Source: an uncultured Hyphomicrobiales bacterium
Lineage (GTDB): Bacteria > Pseudomonadota > Alphaproteobacteria > Rhizobiales > BM303
Direction of reading: 5' to 3'
Assembly (NCBI GenBank): GCA_964533415.1
Contig: CAZHLV010000085.1
Location: forward strand, 628-64,627
DNA: 64,000 nucleotides
Below, piece by piece: positions 62,675 to 64,000 of this stretch. Under the pieces are notes generated by a model, which ran no database searches, was not told where the DNA came from, and was given only the letters and a program-made list of their open reading frames with translations. The position numbers and the translations under genes were made by a program. The first letter of the stretch is position 1. Every line of letters starts with the position of its first letter.

Positions 62675-62937
62675 AAATCTCCGTAGCCTATGCCCGGAAA
62701 GACAAAAGCGAGTGGCTTGAACTCGACATCCCCGAAGGCGCAACCGTCCGCGAGGCGATTGAAAATTCAGGCATACTGAAAGATTTTCCGGAGATCGACC
62801 TGAACACCAACCGCACCGGCATATTCGGCCGCCTCGCCAAGCTCGACCAGCAATTAAACGATGGCGACCGGGTTGAAATCTACCGCAAGCTGATTGCCGA
62901 TCCGAAGCAGAAAAAGATAGCCCGGAAAAAGCTCTGA
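62671..62937 (+). CDS. rnfH: RnfH-family ubiquitin-like protein
   Basis: 88 aa with a TTG start overlapping the rnfE stop (MKISVAYARKDKSEWLELDIPEGATVREAI...GDRVEIYR). Confidence 0.8.
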   Translation: MKISVAYARKDKSEWLELDIPEGATVREAIENSGILKDFPEIDLNTNRTGIFGRLAKLDQQLNDGDRVEIYRKLIADPKQKKIARKKL

Positions 62938-62945
62938 GCACCCGG

Positions 62946-63341
62946 TTATGCTACGCCCTGTGCGGGTTTTAACAAGGCGTAATGTTCATCGAGGTTGTTC
63001 TCGGCAATGAATTTATCGACAAATTCTTCTTCGAGTTCATCAAACAGCAAAATCCCGTAGCCACTCGGATTCGCATTCATAATTTTCCCCGAAACATGCC
63101 GATCGCCGATCAACACGGTGACAACCTCACCGGTCCGGTTGAGGATATAAACGGTTCCGGGGCGGAATTTGAGCCCGCCAAGAGACAGCTCGGTAATCGC
63201 CCCCTCAAGCGAAAAAGATCGGTCCACAAAGGTCAGTGCTCCAGGTGCAAAACATTCATGCCGGACATGGCGCCGGGACGGCGCTTTCTTGGGCCGGAAA
63301 AACGGTAATTTGGAACTCAGGGACTGGGTTGGAAACTTCAT
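62946..63341 (-). CDS. PilZ-domain protein (c-di-GMP receptor candidate)
   Basis: 131 aa with an RxxxR-type motif (SRRHVRHE) and a D/NxSxxG-type motif (ELSLGG). Confidence 0.6.
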   Translation of the reverse strand: MKFPTQSLSSKLPFFRPKKAPSRRHVRHECFAPGALTFVDRSFSLEGAITELSLGGLKFRPGTVYILNRTGEVVTVLIGDRHVSGKIMNANPSGYGILLFDELEEEFVDKFIAENNLDEHYALLKPAQGVA

Positions 63342-63355
63342 TGCGCAATCCTGCC

Positions 63356-64000
63356 TTATCTGCGAACGCTCTGGGCATTTACCGCCATTTGCCGATCAGG
63401 GTCCGGCTGCCGATTAACCGGTTCACCAGCCGTTTCACAGACCTTGGCCTTGTCGTGCAAACGCTCCAGGGGAAACTGGTATTCCTTGTACAGCTTGGCC
63501 AGTGTTTTCAGATCCCTTGTGTCTTCAGGGCTCAGATGGCTGACCTGGATAAGACCATCAAGCTGGTTGGCAAGCTGGGTTACCTCGTCATCACCCGGCA
63601 CAGGACCGGCAGCAACCTCCCTCACCTCATGGGAAAGCGTGCTCATGGTGCGGTTAACCTGATGCAGGGAAGCCGAAACTTGCTGAAACCGCTTTGTCAT
63701 ACTCTCATCCACATTGTGCAAAAGCGCCGCCATATCATTGAAAGAGCTCAGCGTATCGGCTGTCTTGTCAAGAAAATAGGCAAAATGAGCCTGTTGCGAG
63801 GTAATTTTCTCAACGCTCTGGGCCATTTGTGAAAGCAGAACGCGGTTTTCATATTGCTCTTTTTCAAGCTTCTCAAGCTCCTTGCTTTGCATTTCCAGCG
63901 TCTTGGCGACCCGCGAACTGGAAGACACCGAAAACCGGGCAACCCGGAACAACAAGCGCAACTGGTTGGCTTCCATGCCAAGCCCGCCGCCTGCACCTTG
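63356..64000 (-). CDS. Hypothetical coiled-coil protein, possibly 5'-truncated by the window end
   Basis: ORF 63356..63976. The frame stays open upstream of the listed Met to base 64000 (..QGAGGGLG-MEANQ). I recognise no family. Confidence 0.45.
   Translation of the reverse strand, partial: QGAGGGLGMEANQLRLLFRVARFSVSSSSRVAKTLEMQSKELEKLEKEQYENRVLLSQMAQSVEKITSQQAHFAYFLDKTADTLSSFNDMAALLHNVDESMTKRFQQVSASLHQVNRTMSTLSHEVREVAAGPVPGDDEVTQLANQLDGLIQVSHLSPEDTRDLKTLAKLYKEYQFPLERLHDKAKVCETAGEPVNRQPDPDRQMAVNAQSVRR

Overview
GC-rich bacterial chromosomal window. Gene content suggests an alphaproteobacterium: hemC-hemD followed by a mitofilin/Mic60-like gene and a hemY-like gene, a DUF2336-like gene, and rnfABCDGEH order. 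This taxonomic call is inference only. About 70 features are supported. They include one tRNA-Ser(UGA), one cobalamin riboswitch and several hairpin terminators. I found no rRNA, CRISPR array, transposase, integrase or phage genes. The main blocks are listed below.

- **1-1534:** partial L,D-transpeptidase.
- **1876-4559:** an ABC uptake system.
- **4563-11139, minus strand:** a tungsten module. It holds an aldehyde:ferredoxin oxidoreductase with Fe-S and FAD subunits, a MoaD-like protein and a TupBCA-type tungstate transporter.
- **11343-19429:** M20 amidohydrolase, SulP transporter, a Tat-exported DMSO/TMAO-reductase-family molybdoenzyme with a dihaem cytochrome c, and a MocR regulator.
- **20267-28151:** yciI-like, gpsA, tsaD, hemC, hemD, Mic60-like and hemY-like genes.
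- **28184-30781:** aldehyde dehydrogenase and a B12-riboswitch-controlled solitary CbiM/BtuM-like membrane protein.
- **31167-42663:** the most unusual locus, described below.
- **42710-55941:** htpG, an aminotransferase/BKACE/TerB/amidotransferase operon, fliK-like and flhB-like genes, a Rieske protein, acs and asd.
- **55922-62937:** apbE and rseC lying divergent to rnfABCDGEH.

The locus at 31167-42663 is a tightly overlapping 14-gene operon. It combines Mrp-antiporter subunits with NuoH/B/C/D/I homologs, in the gene order I recall for archaeal mbxABCDFGHH'MJKLN. Its NuoD/[NiFe]-large-subunit homolog keeps only two of the four Ni-Fe cysteines (CxxD and CxxE). Its NuoI homolog is fused to a GltD/NfnB-type FAD/NAD(P)H domain. 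A rubrerythrin-like diiron protein is translationally coupled at the 3' end. The substrate and direction of this complex cannot be read from the sequence.
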